Of a DNA stretch of 64,000 nucleotides, positions 1-10,659 are shown piece after piece. The number at the start of each line of letters is the position of its first letter. Positions within the stretch are counted from its first letter, which is position 1. Origin of the DNA: an uncultured Alphaproteobacteria bacterium (GTDB lineage Bacteria; Pseudomonadota; Alphaproteobacteria; HIMB59; GCA-002718135); the NCBI GenBank assembly GCA_902620425.1, contig CACNHX010000003.1, forward strand, positions 7,199-71,198, written 5' to 3'. The translations under genes and the position numbers were made by a program. Under the pieces are notes generated by a model. The model had not been told where the DNA came from and did not search any database. It was given only the letters and a program-made list of their open reading frames with translations.

Positions 1-2
1 AA

Positions 3-830
3 TTTCATCAAATCTTAAAAATAATTTCAAAATTAAGAAATGAAGATTATGATTATATTTTCACATTTAGTCCTGGTATAATCAGCATATTAATATCAAT
101 TTTTTCTAAAAGTAAAATAAAGTCATTGTTAATTTTTAAATCTAGATACAAAAATAATTACATGAGTAAGTTTTTTGATAAAACTTTGGGTAAAGTCTTT
201 TTTACTCACTGCTTAATAATCGATCGCCAATCAAGATATTCAAAAAAAATCCCAATTCATCAAACAAAAATTATGATGGAGTTAGTTACTAAAAGTGGAT
301 TAATTTATAATAATACTGCAGAGATTAAGAATGAATTAGGATTAAATAAAATAGAAATAAGTTCTAAAAAATTATGCTTAATTCATTTATCTTCAAAATG
401 GATCAATAAATATTTTTCAGAAGAAAACTTTATTAATCTATTAGACAATCTTAAAAATTTGAAAATCAATATTGTAATGACAACTGATAGAACATCAAAA
501 AATGTATTCTATGAAATTTTTAGAAAATATGAGATTATTACTAATGAAGAGTTTGAAAATCTTAAAAATATCAATAATATTTTAATCTTAGATCAATTAG
601 ATTTTAATAATTGGACATCAATAATAAACTCTTCAACATATGTAATTACACCTGAATGTGGATGCACACATATTGCATCACTTTCTGCAACGAAACTTTG
701 TGTTATTTATGATTCAGATAATGTTCCGGATATGATTGCAGAAGAATATGCGCCATGGAAGAAAAAATATACTAAACTATTCTCTAGCAACCAAAATTTA
801 GAAAAAGAATTAATTTCATTTATTGATTAA
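3..830 (+). CDS. Glycosyltransferase family 9 (LPS heptosyltransferase-like), 5'-truncated by window edge
   Basis: Frame stays open upstream of the listed TTG at 126 back to base 3 (FHQILKIISKLRNEDYDYIFTFSPG...). C-terminal IINSSTYVITPECGCTHIASLS matches the GT9 'isxDSGpmHiAaA' motif; neighbours are LPS glycosyltransferases. Confidence 0.7.
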   Translation, partial: FHQILKIISKLRNEDYDYIFTFSPGIISILISIFSKSKIKSLLIFKSRYKNNYMSKFFDKTLGKVFFTHCLIIDRQSRYSKKIPIHQTKIMMELVTKSGLIYNNTAEIKNELGLNKIEISSKKLCLIHLSSKWINKYFSEENFINLLDNLKNLKINIVMTTDRTSKNVFYEIFRKYEIITNEEFENLKNINNILILDQLDFNNWTSIINSSTYVITPECGCTHIASLSATKLCVIYDSDNVPDMIAEEYAPWKKKYTKLFSSNQNLEKELISFID

Positions 831-1751
831 TTTACTATCGTGTAAAAAATCTAAAACTTTTTTTACTGAAATTGAGTCCATTGTATCGGTCAGAATCGTA
901 TAAGCATTTTTATATTCAGATAAGTTTGATTTTGAGATAGCATTATCTTTAGCTAAAAAAAGAATAGGTGAATTACTTAGAGCTGCTATATGACCTGGGC
1001 CAGTATCATTACTAATTATAAAATTACTTCTTTTAGCGATGGAATAGATGATTTCAGGAGGTGATTTATCGCTTAAATCAATAACCTTTTGACATGCATT
1101 ATTGATCGTTTCTACTGTTTGTTTATCTGATTTTTGCCCAATAACACAAATACTATATCCTTTTTTTTCTAGAGTACTTGCAAGTATTGCAAATTTATCT
1201 GGTGACCATTGCTTGTCCTTACCTGATATAGAAACACCAGGTATTATTAAGATTATTTTATCTTCATTAATTGCCGTAATATCTCTGGAAAGCCAATCTA
1301 CATTTTGATTAATTTCATTTACTCCAAGTAACTTTAGTTGATTGTATAAACCTTGTTGTGGAGATTCAGTTCCTTGTGGAGGAATTACATATTGAATATC
1401 ACAATTAGAACGAGATCCGTTAACTTTTACTTCTGAAATAAATTTTAAGAATGACCAATAATTATTTGTTCTTTTAGAATTCTGTAAATCTATGATTAGA
1501 TCATATTTATTTTGATTAATTTTAAAGATAACCTTGAGTGAATCAATAATTCCTTTTCTATTATCTTTAAAAATCGAATTAAAATAATTTGAATTGCTTA
1601 AAAAATTTACGTATTTTTCTTCAGTTAGTAAGTCAATAGTGGCTTTATTAAAAAATTGCTTAATTGATGCCATAGCAAGTATAGAAAATGCAATATCACC
1701 AAGCGATCCATGCTTTACAACTAGTATTTTTTTAAATTGACTGCTGTTCAT
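816..1751 (-). CDS. Glycosyltransferase family 9, RfaF/WaaF-like heptosyltransferase
   Basis: N-terminal ILVVKHGSLGDI, YDLIIDLQ, K.WS..KFA and ISNDTGPGHIAA motifs. Confidence 0.85.
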   Translation of the reverse strand: MNSSQFKKILVVKHGSLGDIAFSILAMASIKQFFNKATIDLLTEEKYVNFLSNSNYFNSIFKDNRKGIIDSLKVIFKINQNKYDLIIDLQNSKRTNNYWSFLKFISEVKVNGSRSNCDIQYVIPPQGTESPQQGLYNQLKLLGVNEINQNVDWLSRDITAINEDKIILIIPGVSISGKDKQWSPDKFAILASTLEKKGYSICVIGQKSDKQTVETINNACQKVIDLSDKSPPEIIYSIAKRSNFIISNDTGPGHIAALSNSPILFLAKDNAISKSNLSEYKNAYTILTDTMDSISVKKVLDFLHDSKLINK

Positions 1752-2859
1752 ATAAGTCTACGTAACTTTTTACCATTTGGTTTTTTGAAAATGTTTTTGA
1801 TATGTAGTCTTTACTATTTAAAGAAATATTAGAAAATTTTTCTTTATCTATTTTTATAATATTTTGAAGTTTTATATCTACTTCATTATATTTATGAGGA
1901 TCTACTTTATAAATATCATCTAATTTATCAAGTTGATCTTTGACACCACCATAGTTAAAAGTAAGTATCTTTTTTTTCATTATTAATGCTTCGCTTATAG
2001 TTCTTCCAAACCCTTCAGCTTGTAAAGGAAAAGAGGTAATAATTGATGATAGGTAATATAAAGTTTTCAAATCATCTCTTAGTAGATTACCTATAATCTT
2101 ACATTTATGACCAAGGTCAAAACTTTGAATTTTATTTTGTAGTTTCTCTGTATAAGATTGGTTTTTTGTATCACCTGCAAAATAAAGTAAAAAATTATCA
2201 TTTTGCATCTTATTAAATATATCTAAAAATTCAATTTGACCTTTCCAGTTTGTTAGCCTTGCAGGATATAGAATAATATTTTTTGAGGTATCAATTTGAT
2301 ACTTATTTATTATATTTTCTATTTGAGGATCTAAAATTGGTTTTTCAAAATATTTAACATCAACTCCTCTATTAATCACTTTAATTTTATTTGAATCCAA
2401 ATTGTATTTTTTACAAATTTCATTTTTTACATAATTTGAAATCGCAACAATCTGATCAACTTTGGATAATTGCTTATTATAGATTTTTTTAAAATAAGAA
2501 TTACCACTATACACATTATGAAATGTAGATATTGTTTTGAAGTTTCTATTTTTTATAAAACTTAAAATCCATGCTGGTGCTCTTGATCGTACATGAACAA
2601 CATTAATATTTTGATTAAAAATTAATTTTTTTAATTGATTAGCAATTAATGGATAAATAAAAAAATTTTTCGAGTTAACTGGTAATTGAAAATGATCAGT
2701 ATAATTTTTATCAATTTCTTTAACTAAACGTCCTCCATTTGAAATAATATTATTTTTTAAATTTAATTCAGATAAATAATTTGCGACTTCAATAGTGCCT
2801 CTTTCGACACCACCAGAATCTAAAGAGGGAAGAATTTGAGCGACATTAAATGATGACAT
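1732..2859 (-). CDS. Glycosyltransferase family 4 (GT-B)
   Basis: QILPSLDSGGVERGT, VHVRSRAPAW, TFHNVY, ARLTNWKGQ and EGFGRTISEA motifs. Confidence 0.9.
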   Translation of the reverse strand: MSSFNVAQILPSLDSGGVERGTIEVANYLSELNLKNNIISNGGRLVKEIDKNYTDHFQLPVNSKNFFIYPLIANQLKKLIFNQNINVVHVRSRAPAWILSFIKNRNFKTISTFHNVYSGNSYFKKIYNKQLSKVDQIVAISNYVKNEICKKYNLDSNKIKVINRGVDVKYFEKPILDPQIENIINKYQIDTSKNIILYPARLTNWKGQIEFLDIFNKMQNDNFLLYFAGDTKNQSYTEKLQNKIQSFDLGHKCKIIGNLLRDDLKTLYYLSSIITSFPLQAEGFGRTISEALIMKKKILTFNYGGVKDQLDKLDDIYKVDPHKYNEVDIKLQNIIKIDKEKFSNISLNSKDYISKTFSKNQMVKSYVDLYEQQSI

Positions 2860-2889
2860 TTTATTAAAATATAACTATTTGTATCAAAG

Positions 2890-3621
2890 ATGCCTTACTT
2901 TATTAATAAGAAAAAAGAAAGAATTCGCTATAAATCTATAAAGGGTAAGGGGCCTGGTATTATCTTTATCCATGGCCTTAACTCAGATATGAGTGGTAAA
3001 AAAGCTTTGTCTTTAGAAAGATTTGCCCGAAAAAATAAATTGCGGTTTATTTGTTTTGAATGCCGTGGTCATGGTAAATCTGATGGAAAATTTGAAGATT
3101 TTACAATTTCGGATTGGAAGAAAGACTTAATTGATATCATTGATAATATTGCAAAAGGACCGCAAATTCTGGTTGGTAGCAGTATGGGTGGATGGTTAAT
3201 GTTTTTAGCTGCCAAAGCAAGACCAAAAAGAATTGCTGGATTAATTGGCCTAGCGGCAGCACCTGATTATATCGATGGGTTTTACAAAAAACTCCCTTTA
3301 AAGAAAAAACAAGAGATGAATAAAAAAGGAATTATTAAATATTCCTCCTTCGGGTTTAGTTATCTTATAAAAAAGAAATACATTGTTGAAGGAAGAAAAA
3401 ATAAAATTTTAAATAAAGAATTCAAATGGAATAAGCCATTAATTTTAATACAAGGACTAAAAGATAATGTTGTCACTCCAGATGTTCCAGAAAAAATAGT
3501 AAAAAAAGTTAATGGTAATCAAATCCAAATAAAATTATTAAAAAATAGTGATCATAGATTATCCGATCCATTTGATTTAAAAATAATGAATGATTCTATT
3601 CAATCAATAATAAAAAACTAA
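2890..3621 (+). CDS. Alpha/beta hydrolase (ABHD10-like esterase)
   Basis: IFIHGLNSDM oxyanion region, nucleophile GSSMGG, Asp in QGLKDNVV, His in SDHRLS. Confidence 0.85.
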   Translation: MPYFINKKKERIRYKSIKGKGPGIIFIHGLNSDMSGKKALSLERFARKNKLRFICFECRGHGKSDGKFEDFTISDWKKDLIDIIDNIAKGPQILVGSSMGGWLMFLAAKARPKRIAGLIGLAAAPDYIDGFYKKLPLKKKQEMNKKGIIKYSSFGFSYLIKKKYIVEGRKNKILNKEFKWNKPLILIQGLKDNVVTPDVPEKIVKKVNGNQIQIKLLKNSDHRLSDPFDLKIMNDSIQSIIKN

Positions 3622-6600
3622 GCAGATTTTTCTTCTTGGATTAATACAGGTTGATCAAATTTATTGATCATCTCTTTTGGAACAATCTGCCAGAAGAGTA
3701 ATTTTTCATTTTCCCAATTTTCGAGTAAATTTTTTGCGTACATTGAATTTGTTTCCTTAATATGTTCTTCAATTTTTTGATGTAAAACTTTTTCCCAATA
3801 ATTTGTCATTTGTTGTTGATAGAAAATATCCTCAAGATTAATTCGAAGTGGTAGAGTGCCTTCTTTATCGTACACAAATGCCATACCTCCAGTCATTCCA
3901 GCTCCAAAATTATTTCCTACTTCACCGAGAATAACTGCACTTCCTCCAGTCATATATTCACATCCATTATCACCACATCCTTCAATAACAGCATGTGCGC
4001 CAGAGTTTCTAACAGCAAATCTATCACCGGCAGTTCCAGCTGCAAAAAGTTTACCACGCGTTGCTCCATATAGGACAGTATTCCCAATGATAACATTTTT
4101 GTTTGTTTTTAGTTGTGAAGATGAGCGTGGTTGAATAACAATCTTACCCCCTGATAATCCTTTTGCAACATAATCGTTAGCGTCACCAAAAACTTTAAGA
4201 GTAGTTCCTTGCACACTCCATGCTCCAAAAGATTGCCCAGCAGAGCCGTGAAAATTAACTGTAAAGAAATCCTCTGGAAGAGAGCTCATTCCTTTTGTTG
4301 TAGTAATTTCTGATGCAAGTCTTGTACCAATAGCTCTATCAGTATTTTTGATATTATAGTTTAGTTCAATTTTTTGATCTGTTTCAAAGAAAGACTTAGC
4401 ATCCTCTATGATTTTAATATCAAGGCTATCGCTAACTTTATTAATTGTATTTTTCTTTATATCAAATTCTCCAACTGATGAATCAATGGTTTGAATAATT
4501 GGATTTAAATCTAGATCATCAAGATCAGCACTTCCTCTACTGACTTGATATAAAAGATCAGATCTTCCAACTACTTCATCAAGAGAAGAAAAGCCTAGTG
4601 ATCCTAAAATTTCTCTTACTTCATCAGCAATAAAACTAAAAAGGTTAATTACTTTTTCTGGTGTACCGGTAAATTTTTCTCTAAGTTTTTCATCCTGAGA
4701 GCAAACTCCAACGGGGCAAGTATTTGAATGACATTGTCTAACCATTATACAGCCCATAGCAACTAAACTTGCTGTCCCAATTCCATATTCTTCTGCTCCA
4801 AGCATAGCCGCAATAACAATATCTTTTCCTGTTTTCAAACCTCCGTCAGTTCTAAGAACAACTTTATCCCTTAAGTTATTTAGAGATAGAACTTGATGTA
4901 CTTCACTTAATCCAAGTTCCCAAGGAAGTCCTGCGTACTTAATGCTTGTTTGTGGGCTTGCTCCAGTTCCACCATTGTGACCCGATATGAGTATCGTATC
5001 AGCTTTTGCTTTTGCAACACCAGCTGCGACTGTCCCAATCCCTGACTGAGCAACTAACTTAACGCATACTTTAGCTCTTGGATTAATTTGTTTCAAATCG
5101 TAAATAAGCTGAGCTAAATCTTCGATAGAATAAATATCATGATGAGGAGGAGGACTAATAAGTGTCACACCTTCAGTTGAATGTCTTAGTTTAGCAATTA
5201 ATTCTGTAACTTTTCCTCCTGGCAATTGTCCACCCTCACCAGGTTTTGCACCTTGTGCAACTTTAATTTCAATTTCTTCACAATTATTTAGATACTCCGC
5301 TGTTACACCAAATCGTCCACTTGCAATTTGTTTAATTTTTGATGATGCGTTATCTCCATTTGGTTTAGGTTTAAATCTAATCGGATCTTCACCACCTTCC
5401 CCTGAATCTGATTTAGCTCCTATCCTATTCATTGCTACAGAAAGAGTTTCGTGCGCTTCAGGACTTAGGGCTCCAAGTGATATTCCTGGTGCAACTAGCC
5501 TTTTTCTAATTTCTTGAGAAGGTTCTACTGTGTTAGAGTTACTATTGTCGTTATTCTTTTTGAAGTCTAAAAGATCACGTATATTTATAGGATCCATTTC
5601 ATCTATCATTGTAGAATATTTTTTAAATAAAGAATAATTATTAGAAGTTACTGCAGTTTGAAGCATGTGAATTGATCTTGCTTCAAAAGCATGTTTTTCG
5701 CCACCAAATCTGTAGCGATAGTTTCCTCCAATTGGTAACGTAATAATACTTTCTTCATAAGCCATGTCGTGAGCTAATCTAGATCTTCTTTCAATACCAC
5801 TAATTCCGATACCAGATATTTTAGAACTCATAGAAGGGAAATATTTGCTCATTAAATTTCTACTAAGACCAATTGCTTCAAAGTTACAACCACCTCGATA
5901 TGAATTAATCACTGATATTCCCATCTTACTCATAGTCTTGAGCAAACCATTATTTATAGAATTGATGAATCTCTCTACACATTCTTCATATGAGAGATTT
6001 TTAAATAATCCCTTTTTATGTCTTTCCGCTATAGCTTGTTGTGCCATATATGCATTCACACTTGTTGCTCCTACTCCGATAAGCACTGCAAAATATTGTA
6101 CATCTAAACATTCTGCAGATTGCACATTCAAGGAAATAAAAGTTCGAAGATTTTGTTTAATTAAATGATGATGAACAGAACTTGTAACTAATATCATAGG
6201 AAGAGCTATTCTTGTTTTAGACATTTCTTTGTCACTTAAAATTATATGAACATACCCCTCTCTAACAGCTTGTTCTGCTTCTAGGTTAATTCTTGCAATT
6301 TCTGTCTCAAAATTATTTTCAGTATTTGTTTTATCCATTGTAGTGTCAATGATCTTCACAGTATCTTTCATATATTTACGCATAGATTTGAATTGCTCAA
6401 TTGAAAGAACAGGGGAATTCAATTGTAAATGATCACATTGATCTTCATCTTCATCAAGAATATTACTTAAGTTTCCAATTCTAGTTCGAAGACTCATAAC
6501 AACTCTTTCTCTTAATGAATCAATTGGTGGGTTTGTAACTTGACTAAAATTTTGTCTAAAAAAGTGATGGAGTCCTCTATATTTATTTGAAAGTACAGCT

Positions 6601-8135
6601 AACGGAGTATCATCTCCCATCGATCCCGTTGCTTCTTTTTTTTCAGCAATCATTGGATGAAGTATTAATTCGATGTCTTCTACTGACCAAGCAAAGCATG
6701 CCATTCTCTTTCGTAGATCTCCAGAGTCTAAATCTCTAAATTCCTCATCAACAGATTGAACAAGTTTATCAATATACGTAATTTTTTTAGTCCAATCACC
6801 AAATGGTTTAGTTTCTGCCAAATACTTTTTTATCTCATGATCTTTAAAAAATTTTTTCTCTTTAAAATTGACTGCTATTAATTGACCTGGTCCTACCCTA
6901 CCTCTTTCTACTATTTCATTTTCTTTAATATCAACCATTCCAGTTTCAGAACCAGCAATAAGAAGATTTTTTGTCAGTGTATATCTTATAGGTCTAAGGC
7001 CATTTCTATCCATCCCAGCAATAGCCCAATCACCGTACGCACCACATATTGCTGCTGGACCATCCCATGGTTCCATAACTGCTCCACCATAAGCGTATAA
7101 ATCTTTTATTTTTTTTGGAAAATCTCTTCTATGGGACCAAGCTTCTGGAATTGTTATTATTTTAGCCATAGGTAAAGAGCGATTAGCTTTGACTAATAAC
7201 TCAATTGTTGAATCTAATGCAGCAGAGTCAGACGCTTTAGAATCAATTATGGGTTTTAAATCATCTACATTATTGCCAAAATTTTTATGTTCCATTCTTG
7301 GCTCATGAGCAGCCATCCAATTTTTATTACCTTTAAGTGTATTTATTTCACCATTATGCGCAATCACTCTAAAAGGCTGTGCTAAAGACCATGTAGGAAA
7401 TGTATTAGTTGAATAACGCTGGTGGTAAACTGCATATCTAGAGATAAAATTCTCATTTTGGATATCTGGATAAAAATTGGAAAGCTGTTCTGCTAAAAAC
7501 ATACCTTTATAAACAATAGACTGACAAGATAGTGAGCAAATATAAAAGTCTGAAATATTTTGATTTCTAATTTCTTTTTCTATTCTTTTTCTAATTATAT
7601 AAAGTTTATTATCAAATTGCTTTTCATCTTCTAGTTCTTCATTACAAATTAGTATTTGTTCTATTTCAGGCCTTGTTGCTTTTGCTTTATCACCAATAAT
7701 CGATGAATTAATTGGAACGTGTCTCCAACCATATATTTTCAAACCTTCTTTAATTATTTCAGATTCAACAATTGTACGAGCATTTTCTTGAGCGGCAAAA
7801 TCTGTACGTGGTAAAAAAATCATGCCAACCCCGAAAGGTAAATTATTAGGAGTGTGACCCGTTCTTTCTATTTGTTGAGTAAAAAAATTCTTTGGTATGG
7901 ATAACTGTATTCCTGCACCATCACCTGTTTTACCATCAGCATCAACTGCTCCACGGTGATACAAAACTCTTAAAGCTTGAACTCCTAACTCGACTATTTC
8001 TCTTGTCTCAGAGCCGTCCAAAGATGCTATTAGTCCAACACCACATGATGAATGTTCATCTTGTTCATTATAAACGTGATTTTCTTCTAGAAATTTTTTA
8101 TTCTTTTTATACTTTTCAATAAAGTGATTAGGCAT
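3618..8135 (-). CDS. gltB: Glutamate synthase large subunit
   Basis: 1505 aa; mature N-terminal CGVG, HNGEINT, KVAQGAKPGEGGQLPG, 3Fe-4S CIMVRQCHSNTCPVGVC, C-terminal beta-helix. Confidence 0.99.
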   Translation of the reverse strand: MPNHFIEKYKKNKKFLEENHVYNEQDEHSSCGVGLIASLDGSETREIVELGVQALRVLYHRGAVDADGKTGDGAGIQLSIPKNFFTQQIERTGHTPNNLPFGVGMIFLPRTDFAAQENARTIVESEIIKEGLKIYGWRHVPINSSIIGDKAKATRPEIEQILICNEELEDEKQFDNKLYIIRKRIEKEIRNQNISDFYICSLSCQSIVYKGMFLAEQLSNFYPDIQNENFISRYAVYHQRYSTNTFPTWSLAQPFRVIAHNGEINTLKGNKNWMAAHEPRMEHKNFGNNVDDLKPIIDSKASDSAALDSTIELLVKANRSLPMAKIITIPEAWSHRRDFPKKIKDLYAYGGAVMEPWDGPAAICGAYGDWAIAGMDRNGLRPIRYTLTKNLLIAGSETGMVDIKENEIVERGRVGPGQLIAVNFKEKKFFKDHEIKKYLAETKPFGDWTKKITYIDKLVQSVDEEFRDLDSGDLRKRMACFAWSVEDIELILHPMIAEKKEATGSMGDDTPLAVLSNKYRGLHHFFRQNFSQVTNPPIDSLRERVVMSLRTRIGNLSNILDEDEDQCDHLQLNSPVLSIEQFKSMRKYMKDTVKIIDTTMDKTNTENNFETEIARINLEAEQAVREGYVHIILSDKEMSKTRIALPMILVTSSVHHHLIKQNLRTFISLNVQSAECLDVQYFAVLIGVGATSVNAYMAQQAIAERHKKGLFKNLSYEECVERFINSINNGLLKTMSKMGISVINSYRGGCNFEAIGLSRNLMSKYFPSMSSKISGIGISGIERRSRLAHDMAYEESIITLPIGGNYRYRFGGEKHAFEARSIHMLQTAVTSNNYSLFKKYSTMIDEMDPINIRDLLDFKKNNDNSNSNTVEPSQEIRKRLVAPGISLGALSPEAHETLSVAMNRIGAKSDSGEGGEDPIRFKPKPNGDNASSKIKQIASGRFGVTAEYLNNCEEIEIKVAQGAKPGEGGQLPGGKVTELIAKLRHSTEGVTLISPPPHHDIYSIEDLAQLIYDLKQINPRAKVCVKLVAQSGIGTVAAGVAKAKADTILISGHNGGTGASPQTSIKYAGLPWELGLSEVHQVLSLNNLRDKVVLRTDGGLKTGKDIVIAAMLGAEEYGIGTASLVAMGCIMVRQCHSNTCPVGVCSQDEKLREKFTGTPEKVINLFSFIADEVREILGSLGFSSLDEVVGRSDLLYQVSRGSADLDDLDLNPIIQTIDSSVGEFDIKKNTINKVSDSLDIKIIEDAKSFFETDQKIELNYNIKNTDRAIGTRLASEITTTKGMSSLPEDFFTVNFHGSAGQSFGAWSVQGTTLKVFGDANDYVAKGLSGGKIVIQPRSSSQLKTNKNVIIGNTVLYGATRGKLFAAGTAGDRFAVRNSGAHAVIEGCGDNGCEYMTGGSAVILGEVGNNFGAGMTGGMAFVYDKEGTLPLRINLEDIFYQQQMTNYWEKVLHQKIEEHIKETNSMYAKNLLENWENEKLLFWQIVPKEMINKFDQPVLIQEEKSA

Positions 8136-9573
8136 TTACTGCTTTCTTATTAATATTATTTTTATCAGCATAATTATTTTCTAAATATTCATTAATATTC
8201 TTTGCTGCATCACGACCATCTTTAATTCCCCAAACAACTAAACTTGCACCGCGAACAATATCTCCAGCAGCAAATACTCCATCAATTGATGTCATCATAT
8301 TTTTATAATTAATTTTTAATGTACCCCATCTTGTAATTGTTAGGTTGTTATGATCAAAAAGCTTTGGTAAATCTTCAGGTTCAAAACCCAAAGCTTCTAT
8401 AGCTAAATCAACATCTAGGTTTTTTTCCGTACCTTCTTTTGGCTCTGGCTTCCTTCTACCTGACTCATCTGGTTCTCCAAGTTGCATTGAAACGGTTCTG
8501 ACATTTTTTAAAGATCCGTTTCCCGAATATTCAGTTGGTAAAGTCAACCATTGAAAATCAACACCCTCTTCTATTGCATTTTGAACTTCTCTTTGCGAAC
8601 CAGGCATGTTTGTTTTATCACGTCTGTAAAGACACTTAACAGATTTTGCTCCTTGTCTTACAGCTGTTCTAACGCAATCCATGGCGGTATCACCGCCGCC
8701 AATGACAACTATATTTTTTCCATTTGCGTTTAATCTTCCATTTGTAAAATCTTCAACTTTATCTTTTAAACCAGTCTTGTTACTTGCTATTAGAAAATCT
8801 AAAGCTGGTACAACATTATTAAAATTAGATGTATTTAGATTGATTTCTCTAAATTTGTAAACCCCGGTTGCGATAAGAACTGCGTCATGCTTAATTTTAA
8901 TATCTTCAAAAGTAATGTCTTTGCCAATATCGCAGTTTAATTCAAACTTAATTCCACTTTCTTTAAGTCGATTTGTTCTTCTTATAACAATATCTTTTTC
9001 TAATTTAAAATTAGGGATACCATAAATTAAAAGACCACCTGGTCTGTCATAGCGATCATAGATTGTAACTTGAAATCCTTTTTTACGAAGTTCTTCTGCT
9101 GCGGCTAGTCCAGCAGGGCCAGAGCCGATAATTCCCACGCTTTGGTTTCTTTCTTCAACTGGCTCTATATTTTTAACCCAACCTTCTTCCCAAGCTTTAT
9201 CCGTAATATATTTCTCTATTGATCCTATAGTAACAGTACCGTGGCCAGATTGTTCAATTACACAGTTACCTTCACACAAACGATCTTGGGGACATATACG
9301 ACCACAAATTTCAGGCATATTATTTGTAGAGTTGGAAATTTCAAATGCTTCCTGCATTCTATCCTCAGCAGTTAGTTTTAACCAATCTGGAATATTATTG
9401 TGTAAAGGACAATGAACTTGGCAAAAAGGTACGCCACATTGAGAACATCTGGAGGCTTGTTCTTCTGCCTTTTGTGAGGCATATTTAGCGTAAATTTCAT
9501 CAAATGTTTTTACTCTTTCTTTAGCAGATATTTTACTAGGATTTTCCTTATTTATTTTTGTAAATTTTAGCAT
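8128..9573 (-). CDS. gltD: Glutamate synthase small subunit
   Basis: RCSQCGVPFCQVHCP, GRICPQDRLCEGNC, GSGPAGL, GGGDTAMDC; upstream of gltB as in other alphaproteobacteria. Confidence 0.98.
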   Translation of the reverse strand: MLKFTKINKENPSKISAKERVKTFDEIYAKYASQKAEEQASRCSQCGVPFCQVHCPLHNNIPDWLKLTAEDRMQEAFEISNSTNNMPEICGRICPQDRLCEGNCVIEQSGHGTVTIGSIEKYITDKAWEEGWVKNIEPVEERNQSVGIIGSGPAGLAAAEELRKKGFQVTIYDRYDRPGGLLIYGIPNFKLEKDIVIRRTNRLKESGIKFELNCDIGKDITFEDIKIKHDAVLIATGVYKFREINLNTSNFNNVVPALDFLIASNKTGLKDKVEDFTNGRLNANGKNIVVIGGGDTAMDCVRTAVRQGAKSVKCLYRRDKTNMPGSQREVQNAIEEGVDFQWLTLPTEYSGNGSLKNVRTVSMQLGEPDESGRRKPEPKEGTEKNLDVDLAIEALGFEPEDLPKLFDHNNLTITRWGTLKINYKNMMTSIDGVFAAGDIVRGASLVVWGIKDGRDAAKNINEYLENNYADKNNINKKAVNA

Positions 9574-9657
9574 TTAGTTATCATTTGTTTACTATTTTAT
9601 CTAGATCGAACCAAATACACATTCAAGATAAGAAAGGAAACAAAAATTTTGTAATAA

Positions 9658-9676
9658 TAGTACCAATTATGTACTA
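9658..9676. promoter_or_regulatory. Perfect inverted repeat TAGTAC-N7-GTACTA upstream of gltD
   Basis: Read directly in the 118-bp intergenic gap; function inferred. Confidence 0.3.
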
Positions 9677-9691
9677 AATTTAAAGAAACCC

Positions 9692-10597
9692 TTATTTTAC
9701 AACAATATTTTTTAGTATTTGTAGAGTGTCCTGTGGATTAATATCAAGATTTTGGAATGATTTATCAACGTTTACGATAAGATTGTCTTTTTCAAATAAT
9801 CTTAGCTGTTCTGAAGTAAGAGGAGAAAATGGTGTTTTTTCTGCAATGTTTATCATAGGTTTAATTACTCCCATAGGAACAGGAACAAAAACTCTAGTTT
9901 TGTTTAAAAAATTAGAAATATGATTAAAAAATTCTTTGTAAGAATAAACCCTAGGACCGGCAAGCTCATAAATATTTTTCTTTTCAGTCTGAGAATTAAT
10001 TATTTCATCAACAGCTAGAGATACATCATCAATAAATACAGGTTGGAATTTTGTTGAACCATCTCCAAAAAGTGGCACAAAAAATGAAGCTTTAAATATT
10101 GGCAAAAGTCTTTTCAAAAAAATATCACCACCGCCTATAATAACCCCTGGTCTAATAATAATTGCATTATCTAGTTGTTTAAAGGCTTCCTTTTCAGATT
10201 TATGCACTGCTATGCTTCTTATTGAATTTTTATCAATATCCACGCCAAGACCAGAAAAAAGAATAAATTGTTTTAATTCCTTACAAGATTTTAAAATTCT
10301 AATAAGTTTTTGATTAAACTTATATATTGTATTATTAAAATCACCTTTTTTTTGATCATATGTAGTTTTCAAATTAATGCATACATCTGCATTATTTAAA
10401 ACAGATCTAAGCCTTTTGTCTTCTAATGAAGAATAACGAAATGGAATTACCTGTCCTGTGACACCTAAAAGTCGGATTTTAGCTTCTTGTACAGATCTTT
10501 GATATGGAACAATGATTTTATGGCCATTTTTAGTAAGACGCCTTATTAAATGTTTACCTACAAAACCTGCGCCTCCAAAAATTACTATTGATTTCAT
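9692..10597 (-). CDS. Complex I NDUFA9-family NAD(P)-binding protein (atypical SDR)
   Basis: IFGGAGFVGKHLIRRL, IIRPGVIIG, FQPVFIDDV, YELAGP; divergent from RNase D as in many alphaproteobacteria. Confidence 0.85.
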   Translation of the reverse strand: MKSIVIFGGAGFVGKHLIRRLTKNGHKIIVPYQRSVQEAKIRLLGVTGQVIPFRYSSLEDKRLRSVLNNADVCINLKTTYDQKKGDFNNTIYKFNQKLIRILKSCKELKQFILFSGLGVDIDKNSIRSIAVHKSEKEAFKQLDNAIIIRPGVIIGGGDIFLKRLLPIFKASFFVPLFGDGSTKFQPVFIDDVSLAVDEIINSQTEKKNIYELAGPRVYSYKEFFNHISNFLNKTRVFVPVPMGVIKPMINIAEKTPFSPLTSEQLRLFEKDNLIVNVDKSFQNLDINPQDTLQILKNIVVK

Positions 10598-10659
10598 GAC
10601 CTTTAATTAAATAAGTGATATAGAGAAAAAATATAAATTATACAGGCAATAAAATCAAA

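Noticed and set aside
9574-9640. 13-codon uORF (MCIWFDLDKIVNK) before gltD
   Set aside because: No regulatory codon run or attenuator structure; expected by chance.
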